This document shows positions 62,470 through 64,000 of a stretch of DNA of 64,000 nt, one piece after another (the stretch's first letter is position 1; every line of letters begins with the position of its first letter). The notes below the pieces were generated by a model that saw nothing but the letters and a program-made list of their open reading frames with translations, was not told the origin of the DNA and did no database searches. Origin of the DNA: Amoebophrya sp. A120 (taxonomy: Eukaryota; Protista; Dinoflagellata); the NCBI GenBank assembly GCA_905178155.1, contig CAJINV010000012.1:3343144-3407143 (forward strand). The letters are read 5' to 3'. Both the position numbers and the translations under genes were made by a program.

Positions 62470-64000
62470 ATGGCCACTGCGCGCCCGACTGTGTCCGTCT
62501 ACCTGGCGGAGAAGCCCGGTGAGACCGCGAAGAAGGCCATCTGCCTGCCGCAGGTGTTCTCCGCCCCGTTGCGCCCGGACATCGTCCGCGTCGTCCACAC
62601 CAACATGAACAAGAACAAGCGTCAGGCTTGCGCCGTCAAGAACGAAGCTGGTTACGACACCGCCGCCATCTCCTGGGGAACTGGTCGCGCCATGGCCCGT
62701 ATCCCGCGTGTCCCGGGTGGCGGTACCCACCGATCCGGACAGGGTAAGAAGAAGATGTTTTGCTTGCTTTGCATAGCTACAGAGATGTGGTTGTTGTGTT
62801 TCTAAATTCCGCGTGACAGGCTTTTGATTATAAGCAACGGTTTTTGCATGACACCGAATTTCAATTTCTATTGCGAATGTCGCACCAACATCTATGTCGT
62901 TCTGTCTTGCTGATCTCGCTTTATCTAAATCTAAATCCTATAACACTATCAGGTGCTTTCGGTAACATGTGCCGTGGTGGTGGTATGTTCAACCCGACCA
63001 AGACTTGGCGCAAGTGGCACCGCAAGACCAACGTGACCCAGAAGCGTCACGCTCTGGCCACCGCTATCGCTGCCACCGCCGTCCCGGCCCTGGTCATGGC
63101 CCGCGGTCACCGCATCGAGGAGGTATAGAGATTTTCCTTAGCACGTCACATTACTCATGCGTTTCTAAATCTAAACCTGCTTCTAGACGGAAGCTCGATG
63201 TCCAGTCCTCGCGCTCTACTTGATATCTGTCATGTGTAAATGGCCATCCATTTTTTCACTATCCTCAGGTCCCGGAAATGCCGTTGGTTGTCTCCGATGA
63301 GGCTAACAAGATTGAGAAGACCAAGTCCGCCGTCGCTTTGCTGAAGGAACTCGGCTGCACTGCCGACCTCGACAAGGTCGTGGATTCAAAGAAGATCCGT
63401 GCCGGACGCGGAAAGGCCCGCAACCGTCGCTACGTCATGCGCAAGGGACCGCTGGTCGTCCACAACATGTCCAAGGAGGCCATGACCACTGGTATTTCTG
63501 CTTTTGATTGTGCTGTCTTCACGCGTGGTTCTTCGCGTATGAGTGATTTTTGCTGGAATTTTCTGGTGCTTCTGAGAGTTGTCACGGGAGCCTGGTGCTG
63601 TCGAGAGATTTATCGGAAATGATCCCACTGTGTCCTTATGATGACACAAACTTTGGGATCAACCATCTGATTCTGAAGCATGGTGTCCTCTCGCGAGGAT
63701 GCCGCGTTTTAGCAATCTGTGATTGATTCTAAACTTTTGACAAGCATATGTCTGATTCTGTAATAATAAACCGTCTGTCATACCGTTCTCTTCGCTATGA
63801 TGACACTTTACGGATCAACCATCGGACCTTGCGTCAGCTTTGGGTGAATCTTTAAATCATGACAAGCATATGTCTGAACTTCTCTTCTTGCCATCCAGCA
63901 TGACAAAGACGTCGTTGTATGTCGTAAACCGCAAGACAAATTTAGAACTTCAACCCCATAATCCTCGTTTCTATCCACACAAAAACCACAGGTTCTTCCC
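62470..64000 (+). CDS. RPL4: 60S ribosomal protein L4 (uL4), runs off the window; exons 62470-62743, 62953-63122, 63269-63491, 63992-
   Basis: [35 protein letters not shown]; GT-AG introns. Confidence 0.95.
63638..63755 (+). ncRNA. Intronic box C/D snoRNA, SNORD27/snR74-like (copy 1)
   Basis: Box C ATGATGA, D' CTGA at 63667 and D CTGA at 63752; guides GGATCAACCA and GACAAGCATATG are complementary to the conserved 18S 5' end. Confidence 0.8.
63797..63877 (+). ncRNA. Intronic box C/D snoRNA, SNORD27/snR74-like (copy 2)
   Basis: Box C ATGATGA, the same two guides, D' CGGA and D CTGA at 63874. Confidence 0.8.

Overview
Eukaryotic, gene-dense window that most resembles the parasitic syndinian dinoflagellate Amoebophrya (inferred from intron architecture, not from a search). 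All intact genes lie on the + strand: an NHL-repeat protein, a large protein ending in a Cdc25/Acr2-type rhodanese domain, two paralogous low-complexity genes, a Qc-SNARE, a Ser/Thr kinase, a 12-kb unknown gene, a DBP2/DDX5 helicase, a membrane protein, a Cys-less pLGIC-like channel and RPL4 (with two intronic C/D snoRNAs). The dominant feature is 36 complete palindromic inserts (128-321 bp; one 422 bp with a nested retroposon) in 8 TIR families. Nearly all run TAT...ATA, each is flanked by a 5-bp direct repeat, and all sit inside coding exons. Removing the insert plus one repeat restores the frame in every case I traced, including a kinase HRD loop and a helicase Walker A motif. The inserts occur in both orientations, mostly cannot be GT/GC-AG introns, and share an internal GCAT(G/C/T)ACA(A/G) motif across unrelated families. 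Also present: a 4.2-kb array in the channel's last exon, where three unrelated genomic fragments are separated by ~50-bp copies of the gene's own coding sequence; a ~6-kb decayed gypsy-like element with apparent TAG/CTA excess; and a GC-rich island. Coordinates were counted by hand and may be off by a base or two.
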